From positions 690,001-722,000 of the forward strand of contig NZ_CP025989.1 in NCBI RefSeq assembly GCF_003072485.1: a stretch of DNA of 32,000 nt, read 5' to 3'. A program made the translations under genes and the position numbers. The notes beneath the pieces are model-generated. The model ran no database searches, was not told the origin of the DNA, and worked only from the letters and a program-made list of their open reading frames with translations. Positions within the stretch are counted from its first letter, which is position 1. The number at the start of each line of letters is the position of its first letter. Source of the DNA: Candidatus Fokinia solitaria (lineage in GTDB: Bacteria; Pseudomonadota; Alphaproteobacteria; Rickettsiales; Midichloriaceae). This document shows positions 1-9,775 of the stretch, in pieces.

Positions 1-1365
1 ATAGGAAATAGCATGCGTAGTCTCGGCAAAGCAGAAGTAGGATGCGTGAATGAAGTGGAAGAGTACTTTAAGAGAGTATGCGAGGAGGATGAGCTGCAGA
101 ATTTAGAGAATAAGAGGGAGAAAGGAGATGATAAAGTGGCAAAGGTAGTGCAAGAAGTGGCGAAGGAAGAAGAGAAGGTAGTGCAAGAAGTGGCGAAGGA
201 AGAAGAGAAGGTAGTGCAAGAAGTGGCGAAGGAAGAAGAGAAGGTAGTGCAAGAAGTGGTGAAGGAAGAAGAGAAGGTAGTGCAAGAAGGTAAGAAGGAA
301 GAAGAGAAGGTAGTACAAGTAGGTAAGGAGAGAATAGTAGAGGAAGAGAAGAGGAGAGAAAGATGGGAAGGATTAAGTGAGGAGCAGAAGAAGAAAATGG
401 AGAAGCTGCAGATCTCAGAAGAAAGCAAGAAAAAAACTATTATTAGAAGGCAGGAGGAGATCAAAGCATATCCAGAGGTAAAAGATTACGACGATAAGAT
501 GATGTTCATTCGAAAAAAGCTAAGCGAGAAATCGCTTCAATATGAATTACTAGTGAATCAGATAAAACAGAAGAAATTACTAGGAGAGTTAGATTCTATT
601 CTGGAAATGGAAAAACAAAAGAATGAGAGAGAGTATGAGCAATGGGTAATAAGAGAAGAGAGAAACCGTGATCAGCTGAAACATGTACAAGAGCAGGAAT
701 TGCCAAAGTTTATAATCACTGAAAACGATAGAAGAGCAATTGTGTGGAAAGAAGCATCGGAAAAGCTTCTTCAAGCAAGTGTAATAGCAGCTCAAGCGTG
801 GCAAATGGAATTAAAAGGAGATGTAGGAGGAGCTGCTGCACTTCGAAAACAGTATCATTCTCCTCTCATGGAGGATGCTTATAAGATCAGCATGAAATTA
901 CACGATCTATACAGTATTGCACCGTTTGCTCCTGCTAGATTAGAAGATAAAGATGTTGTGATGAAAGGAGGTACGAGAACAGATTACAGGACTTATACCT
1001 CTCCTAATAATCCAAATGTGTTATTCACTCACAGTTCAAAGAAGTTTTATAATGCATTTAAGGACGTTATACATAAGATACACTTCTGTAAACCTATGAA
1101 AGTAGGAGACTTCAATCCTTCTATATTCGAAGGTGATAGAAAAAAGGAAATAATGGTCGCTCCTATGTGTACTTCTCCTCATTGTTGTCCAGGAACATCA
1201 GAGTTAACTCCTAGAGAGTTTTTTGTCACAGATGATCATTACAACAATGCCGATGTATTTACCCTCTCTACCAATGATATGTTATACACTACATACGACG
1301 GTGTAGTTCATCACAATGGCGGCATCGATTCCTCCATACTTCATACAGATAGCGTTATATCTTAG
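1..1365 (+). CDS. Hypothetical charged coiled-coil protein with 11-aa tandem repeats; frame is open to the left window edge, so possibly 5'-truncated (ATG at 13)
   Basis: ORF 13..1365 (450 aa). The codons before the ATG (ATA GGA AAT AGC) contain no stop. Lys/Glu-rich heptad-like sequence with VVQEVAKEEEK repeats, followed by a more globular C-terminus. No family recognised. Confidence 0.7.
   Translation: MGNSMRSLGKAEVGCVNEVEEYFKRVCEEDELQNLENKREKGDDKVAKVVQEVAKEEEKVVQEVAKEEEKVVQEVAKEEEKVVQEVVKEEEKVVQEGKKEEEKVVQVGKERIVEEEKRRERWEGLSEEQKKKMEKLQISEESKKKTIIRRQEEIKAYPEVKDYDDKMMFIRKKLSEKSLQYELLVNQIKQKKLLGELDSILEMEKQKNEREYEQWVIREERNRDQLKHVQEQELPKFIITENDRRAIVWKEASEKLLQASVIAAQAWQMELKGDVGGAAALRKQYHSPLMEDAYKISMKLHDLYSIAPFAPARLEDKDVVMKGGTRTDYRTYTSPNNPNVLFTHSSKKFYNAFKDVIHKIHFCKPMKVGDFNPSIFEGDRKKEIMVAPMCTSPHCCPGTSELTPREFFVTDDHYNNADVFTLSTNDMLYTTYDGVVHHNGGIDSSILHTDSVIS
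148..312 (+). repeat. 33-bp tandem repeat, five contiguous units plus a partial degenerate sixth
   Basis: Unit gtgcaagaagtggcgaaggaagaagagaaggta at 148, 181, 214, 247 and 280. The first two are identical, the third differs little if at all, and units 4 and 5 have substitutions. Encodes VQEVAKEEEKV in frame. Confidence 0.93.
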
Positions 1366-1697
1366 TTCGTCCTCGCTTCCAAGTACAGCAGCACGTATTT
1401 GGAAGCTTTCCATCTTACTTCTTCTTAGCTCCTGTTTTCCCTCTCATACTCCATTTATAGAACAATGTTCTTTTCTCTTCTACCTCTTATACTCTTCTTA
1501 CTATTATTTCTCTCTTCTGGCTTATACTTCTCTATAAATGCCGTTCAGAATCCTTTCTACCAACTCTCTCCTTTACTCATAATCCTTCCTTGCATCGCTT
1601 TAAGCTGGATTCTCCATAATGGTACTTCGAAAACTAAACAATCCTCTTTCTTAAATGGCATCGCTAATCATGACATCCTCACGACGTGTATACCAGC

Positions 1698-3563
1698 TTA
1701 AGACTCGTCATTATTTCTAATTTTCTCACCTTTTACTATCATCTTCACTTCTTCTACAGTAAGAGTTTCGTACTTCAGTAGTGCATTTGCTATCAATTCA
1801 AGTTCATCTTTATGTTCTCTAAGAATTCTTTGTGCCACCATTCTCGCACCTTCTATAATAGCTTTTACCTCTTCATCTGCAATTTTTGATATCTCTTCCG
1901 AACAATTACGATAGTATGATTCTTGTTCCTGTACTTTTACATGCCCTATTCTTTCACTCATACCAAAATCTATTACCATTCTTTTAGCAATCTTCGTTAC
2001 CATAACAATATCTCCACTTGCGCCTGTCGTAATCTGCTCTTCTCCAAAGATCAATCTCTCAGCTTCTCTACCGCCCATACCAACTGCTATATCAGCGAGC
2101 ATCTTTTCCTTCGTCTCTAAGTACTTATCATGCTCAGGTAATCTCGCAGTTGCGCCTAATGAATATCCGCGTGGCATTATAGTGACTTTATACAAAGCAT
2201 CAGATGCAGGAGAATGCAAAGCTACAACACTATGTCCAGCTTCATGATATGCTGTTACACGTCTTTCATGCTCAGTCATTCCTATAGATTTTCTTTCTGG
2301 CCCCATCATCACTTTGTCACGTGCGTACTCTATACAATACATTTCCACTTTATTTTTACCGCACCTTACAGTGTAAAGTATCGCTTCATTGATCAAGTTG
2401 CTAAGGTCTGCGCCAGTAAATCCCGGAGTACTTCTCGCTATCGCCTTTATGTCTACATCGCCCGCAATAGGAACGTTTTGCATATGTATTTTCAATATCT
2501 GCTCTCTTCCTCTAATATCAGGCGCACTAACTACTACTTGTCTGTCAAATCTTCCTGGACGTAAAAGCGCTTGATCTAGCACATCAGGTCTGTTTGTTGC
2601 GGCTAAAACTATCACAGTTGGTGCTGAAGGCACATTACCGAAGCCATCCATTTCCACCAACAACTGATTAAGCGTCTGCTCTCTCTCATCATTTCCGCCA
2701 CCGTGTCCGCTACCTCTTTTTCTTCCTACTGCATCTATCTCGTCTATAAAGAGAAGGCAAGGTGCTTTTTCCTTAGCTTGTTTAAACATGTCACGCACTC
2801 TACCCGCACCAATACCGACAAACATTTCCACGAAATCAGAGCCGGAGACATTGAAGAACGGTACCGAAGCCTCACCTGCAATAGCTTTAGCTAGAAGTGT
2901 TTTTCCTGTACCTGGAGGCCCTACCAATAAACATCCTCTTGGTATTCTTGCACCTAATGCCTTAAATTTTTCAGCGTTCTTCAGAAATAGCACAATCTCT
3001 TCTAATTCTGCTTTCGCTTCGTCTACACCAGCAACATCTGCAAACGTGACTTTATGCCCGTCAGTAACAAGCTGCGCGCGAGATTTCGAGAAGCTCATAA
3101 CCTTCCCTCCTCCTTGCATCGTTCTCATATAATAGCTCCACATTCCAAGCAACAATAACCCTGGCACCCACGATAAAAGCACACCTAAAAATCCTCCTAA
3201 AGGAGTTTCTAGCGGAGTGAATAGCACCTTTACGCCTTTCTCGAGAAGAGTATTAACTAACGCCATACTTATATACAGCTCAGGCACTAAAGTACTGATC
3301 GTAGTACCAGAACTATCATTTGCTTCTACTATGCTTCCGCGAATCGTTACAGTTTTTAAGTGATTTTTATTCAGAAGCTCCATGAAATCCGAAAAACCTA
3401 CTTTTTTTACACTCACTACGCTATCAACAAAAATACCGTAGAGTGCTACTAACATACCTACGATGAGGCACCATGTTAAAAGACTTTTTCTCTTTTTAAG
3501 ATCGAACATTGTGTAAGTTACTATTATGTAGAAAAAATATAGTGCAAAATTCGTCATACGCAA
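1698..3563 (-). CDS. ftsH: ATP-dependent zinc metalloprotease FtsH
   Basis: 621 aa. AAA+ Walker A GPPGTGKT, Walker [12 protein letters not shown], zinc site HEAGH, N-terminal TM segments. The true start may be the internal Met near 3509 ([11 protein letters not shown]). Confidence 0.97.
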   Translation of the reverse strand: MRMTNFALYFFYIIVTYTMFDLKKRKSLLTWCLIVGMLVALYGIFVDSVVSVKKVGFSDFMELLNKNHLKTVTIRGSIVEANDSSGTTISTLVPELYISMALVNTLLEKGVKVLFTPLETPLGGFLGVLLSWVPGLLLLGMWSYYMRTMQGGGKVMSFSKSRAQLVTDGHKVTFADVAGVDEAKAELEEIVLFLKNAEKFKALGARIPRGCLLVGPPGTGKTLLAKAIAGEASVPFFNVSGSDFVEMFVGIGAGRVRDMFKQAKEKAPCLLFIDEIDAVGRKRGSGHGGGNDEREQTLNQLLVEMDGFGNVPSAPTVIVLAATNRPDVLDQALLRPGRFDRQVVVSAPDIRGREQILKIHMQNVPIAGDVDIKAIARSTPGFTGADLSNLINEAILYTVRCGKNKVEMYCIEYARDKVMMGPERKSIGMTEHERRVTAYHEAGHSVVALHSPASDALYKVTIMPRGYSLGATARLPEHDKYLETKEKMLADIAVGMGGREAERLIFGEEQITTGASGDIVMVTKIAKRMVIDFGMSERIGHVKVQEQESYYRNCSEEISKIADEEVKAIIEGARMVAQRILREHKDELELIANALLKYETLTVEEVKMIVKGEKIRNNDES

Positions 3564-3687
3564 TACCGATTACGTTAGTACGATCACAGTATGTCTCATT
3601 ATTTGCTTAAAACAGCGAAATAAAAGATCTGATTGGTGTTTTTTGTTTTCGTCTGCTATATACCGATCTTATGATTGATGTTATTTT

Positions 3688-4773
3688 ATGACATTTAACG
3701 GATTGCACTTTCTCCGCAATAAGTATTACGTAGTTGTGGTAGTACTTTCGATATTAGTTCTGTGGATGCTCTCTGGTGTATTCACCTCAAAGCATGGTGA
3801 AATGCCTCAACAAGATGAGCACAACTACTATAAGGTAGAAACATTCACTCCAGGCAAGCACGCTTCTACCTTGAAAGCATTTGGTATACTGGAAGCAAGC
3901 GATAAAATTCTACTCACTGCTGTAACTGGTGGAAAGGTACTAAAGGTGTTCGTACAGTCTGGCACTTATTTAAAGAAAGGAGGTAGCATACTAAAGGTAG
4001 AAGACGGAAGTGCTAAGGAAAGGCTAACTAAGGCAAATGCAGCATTAGCGAAAGCACAGCTTATATATGATTCGATATCCAATTTATACAATAAAGGCAG
4101 TGCATCGAAGTTTGAGATGACAGATGCAACTGAAAAATTAGAACTTGCTACAGCTGAGTTGAAAGATGCAGAAAAAGCACTAGACGATACAGTTGTAAAA
4201 GCGCCATTTGATGGCTTCGTAGATTTTATAAGCGTAGCAAAGGACGATATGATAGGATATGGTACAAATGGCAATAGAGTAGTTGGAGAATTCTATAAAA
4301 TAGGTGCGTTTAAAACAAAAGTATACCTTTCTCAAACAGAAGTAAGTCAAATTACTTATAATACTCCAGCAACTATATCCGTAGTAAACGGAAAAGGCGA
4401 AAGTGTCTCTTTAAACGGTATCATTACTTTTATCAGTAAAGTAGCGGCAAAAGACACAAAAGCATTTCTCGTTGAGATCGCTGTAAGTGATAGCAGAAAC
4501 AATTTGATGAATAATATTGACGCAACAGTCACTTTCAATCTTGTTTTTGATAATTGTATCTTAGTACCAAAATCAGCGCTTTCTATAGATGCTTCAGGTA
4601 ATTTTATTTTAAAATCAGTACAGAACAATAAAGTGCAGTCGCTTGTAGTGAAGGTAGTATTTGAGAAAGACGATTATATCGGAATACTATATGAAGATAC
4701 ATTGAATATAGTCACAGTAGGTGCGCAATACCTTACGGACGGCACTGTTATTGATGAGTCACAGAAGAAATAA
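3688..4773 (+). CDS. HlyD/AcrA-type periplasmic adaptor (membrane fusion) subunit of an efflux system
   Basis: 361 aa. One N-terminal TM, biotinyl-lipoyl-like segment (GKVLKVFVQSGTYLKKGGSILKVED), alpha-hairpin, and VVKAPFDGFVD motif typical of RND adaptors. Confidence 0.85.
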   Translation: MTFNGLHFLRNKYYVVVVVLSILVLWMLSGVFTSKHGEMPQQDEHNYYKVETFTPGKHASTLKAFGILEASDKILLTAVTGGKVLKVFVQSGTYLKKGGSILKVEDGSAKERLTKANAALAKAQLIYDSISNLYNKGSASKFEMTDATEKLELATAELKDAEKALDDTVVKAPFDGFVDFISVAKDDMIGYGTNGNRVVGEFYKIGAFKTKVYLSQTEVSQITYNTPATISVVNGKGESVSLNGIITFISKVAAKDTKAFLVEIAVSDSRNNLMNNIDATVTFNLVFDNCILVPKSALSIDASGNFILKSVQNNKVQSLVVKVVFEKDDYIGILYEDTLNIVTVGAQYLTDGTVIDESQKK

Positions 4774-4778
4774 ATATT

Positions 4779-5759
4779 TCAAAAATCTTTTAAATTATCC
4801 TTAGGTTTCGCGCATCGCATCCAATCGCTCCTTACTTTTACGTGTAGCTGTAACTCAACTCTTTTATCTAAAGTAGCTTCTATCTGTCTTGTAACTCTCT
4901 CCCTCAAAGACTTTATCATCTTGCCTCCTCTTCCTATAAGAATCATTTTATGAGACTCTCTCGTAGTGATAATATTTTGAGATATTTGTATTCCACAATC
5001 TTCAAATTCTCTCCATACTACAGTTTCTACCATGCATGAATAAGGCACCTCTTGATGCACTAAAAAATATATCTGTTCTCTCGTAATTTCTTCCGCAAGA
5101 ACCTTCTCAGATACATTCGTATATGCTAATTCATCAAAGCAACGGTAAGTCGGAGTACTATAAGAAGCACAAATATCTAATACATCGTCATAACAACTTG
5201 ATGTTACTGAATTCATTATGCACTTCATATTATACTTCTCCGACAATTCTTCTAGACACTTAGCCACCATATCACGCATTTCATACGGTATCAGATCGTA
5301 CTTTGATAATAGTAGTAACTTTTGCTTTTTGGAAAAATCGGTAAATTTCTTTTTCGTAGAAACAATATGTGGAAGCTTTTCCATTAAGGAAACAATATCG
5401 ATTAACTCTTTTTCAAGAATAGAGTAAACTGCAGCTGTCTCATTACGTATACGTTCTGCTGAAATCATAATCATCATCACATTACACCAAGAAAGTGCTT
5501 GCACTGCTTGCGTAAGTAAATACTCGCGTAACTGATATTTAGATGCTTCAAAAACGCCAGGCATATCAGCAAATAGCATAGCAATATCTCTATGCTTTAC
5601 CATTCCTACTACATTATCTCTTGTAGTTTGTGGCTTATGCGTAGCTATAGCAAGTTTTTGTCCTATGATGGCATTTAAAAGTGTTGATTTACCTGCATTC
5701 GGTGCTCCGCATATACCAATTTTCACACTCATGCATGGCGTAGTAGTATCTCTTATCAT
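4779..5759 (-). CDS. era: GTPase Era (ribosome assembly), likely start near 5732
   Basis: G1 GAPNAGKST, G2 region KPQTTRDNVVG, G3 DMPG, C-terminal KH domain (MILIGRGGKMIKSLRERVTRQIE...WMR). The G4 motif is SKYD instead of NKxD. Confidence 0.9.
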   Translation of the reverse strand: MIRDTTTPCMSVKIGICGAPNAGKSTLLNAIIGQKLAIATHKPQTTRDNVVGMVKHRDIAMLFADMPGVFEASKYQLREYLLTQAVQALSWCNVMMIMISAERIRNETAAVYSILEKELIDIVSLMEKLPHIVSTKKKFTDFSKKQKLLLLSKYDLIPYEMRDMVAKCLEELSEKYNMKCIMNSVTSSCYDDVLDICASYSTPTYRCFDELAYTNVSEKVLAEEITREQIYFLVHQEVPYSCMVETVVWREFEDCGIQISQNIITTRESHKMILIGRGGKMIKSLRERVTRQIEATLDKRVELQLHVKVRSDWMRCAKPKDNLKDF

Positions 5760-5927
5760 AATCGTAATAACACTTTCCGTATATCGTATTACATTTGATC
5801 AAGTTAGTAAAAGCCCCTTCATCATGAATCTGCAAGAAGTACATCGATCTTCTGAAAATTAATATAATCTTGAGATTTATAGAATATATATATATGATTA
5901 TCTTATGCTTCATGATGCTGCATTCGT

Positions 5928-8669
5928 TTGTCAAACTTCAAAAGTATCCGCTGCATCACTGGCATAATATTAGTTGTACTATCATTCTTACCAAGCACTA
6001 CCAGCGCTCGCCATCAAGGACAGTGCTACGCAGCAGATGATGTAAACGCAAGCAATACCGTTACAATATATTCTAATCCTCAAGAACTGATCTCTTCTGT
6101 GCCGCAAACACAGCAAGTCGCTCCATGGATAGACACAGGCTTGATATCAATAGGAGGCACAACTGCAGGCACATTTGCTATCACTGGCACTATACGTGGT
6201 TCATGGGGACCGCTTGGCAGTGCTGCTACTCCATGTAACTTGGTAGACTGTAATGTTAGCAATAGCACGGGATTTGGCAGCAATGAAGTAACAACAATAT
6301 GTCTTGTACAGGGCACACCTGGCATACAGCATACGGGGCAAAACGTGGTATTTACAAGTACCACTTATCCATGCATTTTATCAAATGGTATAGGACTATA
6401 TATGCTTATAACGGATGATTCAAACGGTTCATTCTCAGCAAATTACTCAGCGCAGCAAGCTATTAATTCAAATGATAACGTAGCACAACTTACGTCAAAT
6501 GCACTTGATCCAAATGCAGACATCTTATCTGCTTCTGCACCAATGAATGGAGAATATCTTGTGCCAACATGGCATATGAACGACTACGTTACTTCTTCTA
6601 CAAACGAAGTATCGCAATTTGCAATCAAAAGTGCAGTAAAGTGTCCAATGCTTCCAAGTACACTACAATGTGAAGAAATAAGCGTACCTGCAGGAAGAAT
6701 ATATTTGAAGATTGTAGACAGTTATTACGGCGATAACTACGGCTCTTACACAGTTACTTTTGATACTGGAGTATTTCAAGTAGGATTCTTATTTCGTGCA
6801 GTCCAAGCATTTGACACCATTCTTAGCAATAGCAGTAAGATAATCGCTACATATGTGATGCAGGCGCTACAGCCTATCTTCATAATTATACTTACTTTTT
6901 ACATCATGTGGTATGGCATCGCATTCGCAGTTGGCGCACTAGAAGTAAAAACTCACGATATGGTAATGAGAATGATCAAATTATGCACCATGAGTTTATT
7001 ATTTACTCCTTATGGTCTTTTCATTGTGGAAGCATATTTGATAGATCCGTTTTGGATGTTAGGAAGCGCAATGTCTGATATCATCTTAATGTCGGTACTA
7101 TTCAACGCCACTACTGGAGAAATTCCTACTCTTTCAACAGCAGCAGAAACTGTAATGAGTAAATTATGGTATATAGCAGTGTATGATGCAGTTCTTAATA
7201 TTTTATATTCTACGCCAATCAATGCTAAAATTTGGGGCATTTTATTCAGTTTGAAGTTTTACTACATACTGCTGTTATATGCTTTAACAATGGTATTGAC
7301 GCTTTCTATATTTAAGGCGGTCATATACTCTTTGGAGGCAATGATAAGATTCTATCTCGTAAAAATGGTATTTCCTCTATTCATGCTACTCAGTGTGATT
7401 CCTACATTAGAGGATTTTTTAACAACGCTTTTCAAACAGCTCACAGTGGTAGCAATCACACTAATACTAGTAGCGCTATGCTCTGCCTTGATGATAACAA
7501 TGCTCGATACATCGTTCCAATCTCTCTATAATTATACAGTTTGCTGGCGTTCTATCATCGATATTCCAGTATTAGCGCTAGTCAGATTCTTTATGCCTAC
7601 TCCTTATGCAGAAGCAAAGGAAGCGCTAAAATTTGACGTATATATGTACACTATCGTAACAGCTGCTCTATTTTATGAATTATTCAATAAATTAGGTGGA
7701 ATAATAGATAGTCTATCCAGTGTTACAACTGATATAGAAAAGATGATGAGTGGACGCACGGAAAAACTTTTTGAGAGTAAGATTAAAAGTAAGGTGAGGA
7801 GCGGTACATACAAAATACTCGCATATGCTGGAGATAAAACAATTGCAACTCCTTTATCGATACTCTTCTCTCCTCTAAAAGCACTTATTACGAAATTAAG
7901 AGGAAAAGGCGATCAATCAAAAATTTCACGAGATGGACTTTCAGGCGATTCCGCAGAAGCAGATACTCAAAAAGAGCACGAAGCACAACAATCTCGTGCG
8001 CAAAAAAAGAAACGTTCAGACTCATCGTCTGCTTCGCATCAGCATCAGCATCCGCATCACGGGCAAGAATCGCACTTACCGCCAGGAGATAATAGAGCAC
8101 TCTCAGAAGATGATCACGAATCTCAGTCGCATCATGCGCAAGAATCGCACTTACTACCGGGAGATAATAGGGTACTCTCAGAAGATGATCGCGAATCTCA
8201 TTCATATTCTCATAATCTAGAAAATGCTGATAGCTCTCTCTTCGATGATGATATGGAGGCGCATACTTCGAAACGTAGAAATACAAGACTTGGCAATCTT
8301 CAGCACGATAATGAAAATCTCAGTGTAGAGGAAAAACTTAATAAGCTGCGAGAGCAATTCGAAAATACCAAAAATAGAAAACAATCACATGTGAACAGAG
8401 ATGGAGAAGGTAGCAGTAGCGAAGAAAGTGGAGAATTTGCGGATAGAGAACATAATGTATTTCACGAAAATGCAGATTCTGCAGAAGATATGGTAATTCA
8501 TAGAGATAGCGGAAGTATGCAAAGTAAAAGTAATAGAAAATCCTCTCTAAGCAAGAGTTCTCCGGGCAAAAGTGATGATAGTTCTTCAAAAGGAAAAAAT
8601 AACAAGATAGCAAGAGCAAGGACAGTTACCGATGAATATGCTAATAATCATAAAAAGAAAAATTCATGA
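5928..8669 (+). CDS. TrbL/VirB6-like type IV secretion inner-membrane protein with long hydrophilic C-terminal extension
   Basis: 913 aa. N-terminal signal-like segment, ectodomain, central polytopic region (IMWYGIAFAVGALEVKTHDMVMRMIKLCTMSLLF...), then about 255 aa of Ser/His/Asp/Glu/Lys-rich tail. Matches the architecture of Rickettsiales VirB6-like proteins. Confidence 0.85.
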   Translation: MSNFKSIRCITGIILVVLSFLPSTTSARHQGQCYAADDVNASNTVTIYSNPQELISSVPQTQQVAPWIDTGLISIGGTTAGTFAITGTIRGSWGPLGSAATPCNLVDCNVSNSTGFGSNEVTTICLVQGTPGIQHTGQNVVFTSTTYPCILSNGIGLYMLITDDSNGSFSANYSAQQAINSNDNVAQLTSNALDPNADILSASAPMNGEYLVPTWHMNDYVTSSTNEVSQFAIKSAVKCPMLPSTLQCEEISVPAGRIYLKIVDSYYGDNYGSYTVTFDTGVFQVGFLFRAVQAFDTILSNSSKIIATYVMQALQPIFIIILTFYIMWYGIAFAVGALEVKTHDMVMRMIKLCTMSLLFTPYGLFIVEAYLIDPFWMLGSAMSDIILMSVLFNATTGEIPTLSTAAETVMSKLWYIAVYDAVLNILYSTPINAKIWGILFSLKFYYILLLYALTMVLTLSIFKAVIYSLEAMIRFYLVKMVFPLFMLLSVIPTLEDFLTTLFKQLTVVAITLILVALCSALMITMLDTSFQSLYNYTVCWRSIIDIPVLALVRFFMPTPYAEAKEALKFDVYMYTIVTAALFYELFNKLGGIIDSLSSVTTDIEKMMSGRTEKLFESKIKSKVRSGTYKILAYAGDKTIATPLSILFSPLKALITKLRGKGDQSKISRDGLSGDSAEADTQKEHEAQQSRAQKKKRSDSSSASHQHQHPHHGQESHLPPGDNRALSEDDHESQSHHAQESHLLPGDNRVLSEDDRESHSYSHNLENADSSLFDDDMEAHTSKRRNTRLGNLQHDNENLSVEEKLNKLREQFENTKNRKQSHVNRDGEGSSSEESGEFADREHNVFHENADSAEDMVIHRDSGSMQSKSNRKSSLSKSSPGKSDDSSSKGKNNKIARARTVTDEYANNHKKKNS
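8061..8210 (+). repeat. 75-bp (25-aa) direct duplication inside the VirB6-like tail
   Basis: Unit 1 begins gggcaagaatcgcacttaccgccaggagataatagagcactctcagaagatgatc at 8061. Unit 2 begins gcgcaagaatcgcacttactaccgggagataatagggtactctcagaagatgatc at 8136. Protein GQESHLPPGDNRALSEDDHES vs AQESHLLPGDNRVLSEDDRES. Confidence 0.88.
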
Positions 8670-8853
8670 TATTATAATATATATTACATCTATAATTAAA
8701 TACTATTTATTCTACTGCATCATACATAACATACTTCAAGACTTTTTATGCGTACTTCATAATCGAAAATACTTTTTAGTTAATTTATATATCGCTATTG
8801 CGCAATCTTTTATAGAATGGTTACACTTACCATGTAGTGTGGTACTCGTACTT

Positions 8854-9390
8854 ATGAATACATCTTCTATGAACATACTTCATCCTAAGAATACTAATGG
8901 CACTCATAAAGCGTTCGAACTTTTGAGCGAATTTGACGTGGCAAAAGATGCGATTGATGATTATATTCCATCTCCAGATGAGGAATATATGTCGGAAAAG
9001 CATCTACAATTTTTTAAGAGTGCAATATCTAACTGGAGAGGAAGATTATTACGTGCACTGGAAAATGCTAAAGAATATTTAGCTAAGTGCGCAATCAGCA
9101 AAAGCGAAGAAATGGACGGTGCTGTCGAAGAAGCGAATATACATATAAAAGTGAGAGAAACAGAAAGATTACGGAAATTAATTGAACGCATAGACAGCAC
9201 ATTACGTTTAATAGAAGATAAAAAATATGGCTTTTGTGAAGAAACTGGCGAACCGATAGGAATTATGAGATTACTTGCTAGACCTACAGCACGTAAGTGC
9301 TTAATGGCGCAAGAAATACATGAAAATTTTGAAAAACGACATAACAAGCAGATCTTCCAAGAACATACATTTTTTGAACAGATAGACTGA
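8854..9390 (+). CDS. dksA: DksA/TraR family RNA polymerase-binding transcription factor
   Basis: C-terminal KKYGFCEETGEPIGIMRLLARPTARKCLMAQEIHE motif and coiled-coil region with a DGAVEEAN tip-like segment. The ORF track start at 8632 gives an implausible hydrophobic extension; ATG 8854 is preferred. Confidence 0.88.
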   Translation: MNTSSMNILHPKNTNGTHKAFELLSEFDVAKDAIDDYIPSPDEEYMSEKHLQFFKSAISNWRGRLLRALENAKEYLAKCAISKSEEMDGAVEEANIHIKVRETERLRKLIERIDSTLRLIEDKKYGFCEETGEPIGIMRLLARPTARKCLMAQEIHENFEKRHNKQIFQEHTFFEQID

Positions 9391-9401
9391 ATACAGATGA
9401 T

Positions 9402-9488
9402 AGATTCATGTCACTTTCGACTCTCATAAGCTTTAGCGATACAATATCACTTTGAAAGCTTCAAAAAGTTCGAAAGTGACTGAAATCT
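9402..9488. promoter_or_regulatory. Long imperfect inverted repeat (hairpin) downstream of dksA
   Basis: Perfect 11-bp arms GTCACTTTCGA (9410-9420) and TCGAAAGTGAC (9470-9480), extended on both sides with small bulges (AGATT.CA outer, AAGCTTT inner) to arms of about 33 nt. Confidence 0.7.
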
Positions 9489-9775
9489 TCTCAACTTGAA
9501 GAATACTAATCAGTGCTATGAGAAATCTCGAATCTAGCGGCATCGAAAAAGTAGTGCACGTTTACTTGCTACAAGTTTTGTAGTTATGCTCTCGTTATAA
9601 AAATGCCTTACAACTCTGTAGTGTTTTCTTAAATCATGCTCATAGTAAAGAACAACTGCCACCATGACTGAATTCAAAAACATCCGCTTATTGACCTTGT
9701 AAAATATCTTAGATACCATTAAGTGATTTCGTGTAACTTCACACTGCATGTTTTATAAAAAATTAGAAGTAATCA

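Noticed and set aside
148-312. Possible CRISPR-like array from five regularly spaced repeats
   Set aside because: The repeats are contiguous with no spacers and are in frame within a long ORF. This is a coding tandem repeat.
103-318. Minus-strand ORF MYYLLFFLLTFLHYLLFFL... that looks like a repetitive membrane peptide
   Set aside because: It is the exact antisense of the 33-bp repeat array in the plus-strand coiled-coil ORF, so the open frame is a by-product of the repeats.
2214-3132. Plus-strand ORFs opposite ftsH
   Set aside because: Antisense to highly conserved ftsH coding sequence with no independent evidence.
7888-8286. Overlapping ORFs (7888..8286 - and 7933..8220 +) within the VirB6-like tail
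   Set aside because: Both lie inside a well-supported 913 aa frame and arise from the low-complexity, repeated tail sequence.
8632-8853. N-terminal 74 aa of the dksA ORF
   Set aside because: Ile/Tyr/Leu-rich AT-biased translation unlike DksA, and it overlaps the end of the VirB6-like gene. The ATG at 8854 is a better start.
8995-9390. DksA appearing to have lost its zinc-finger cysteines (CEETGEPI...RKCLMAQ)
   Set aside because: As far as I recall, the CEETGEPI form is common in alphaproteobacterial DksA-like proteins, so it is not treated as novel here.
9534-9749. 71 aa minus-strand ORF in the dksA/DUF155 gap
   Set aside because: No recognisable motif, short, and in AT-rich intergenic DNA. 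It could be a gene remnant but there is not enough support to call it.
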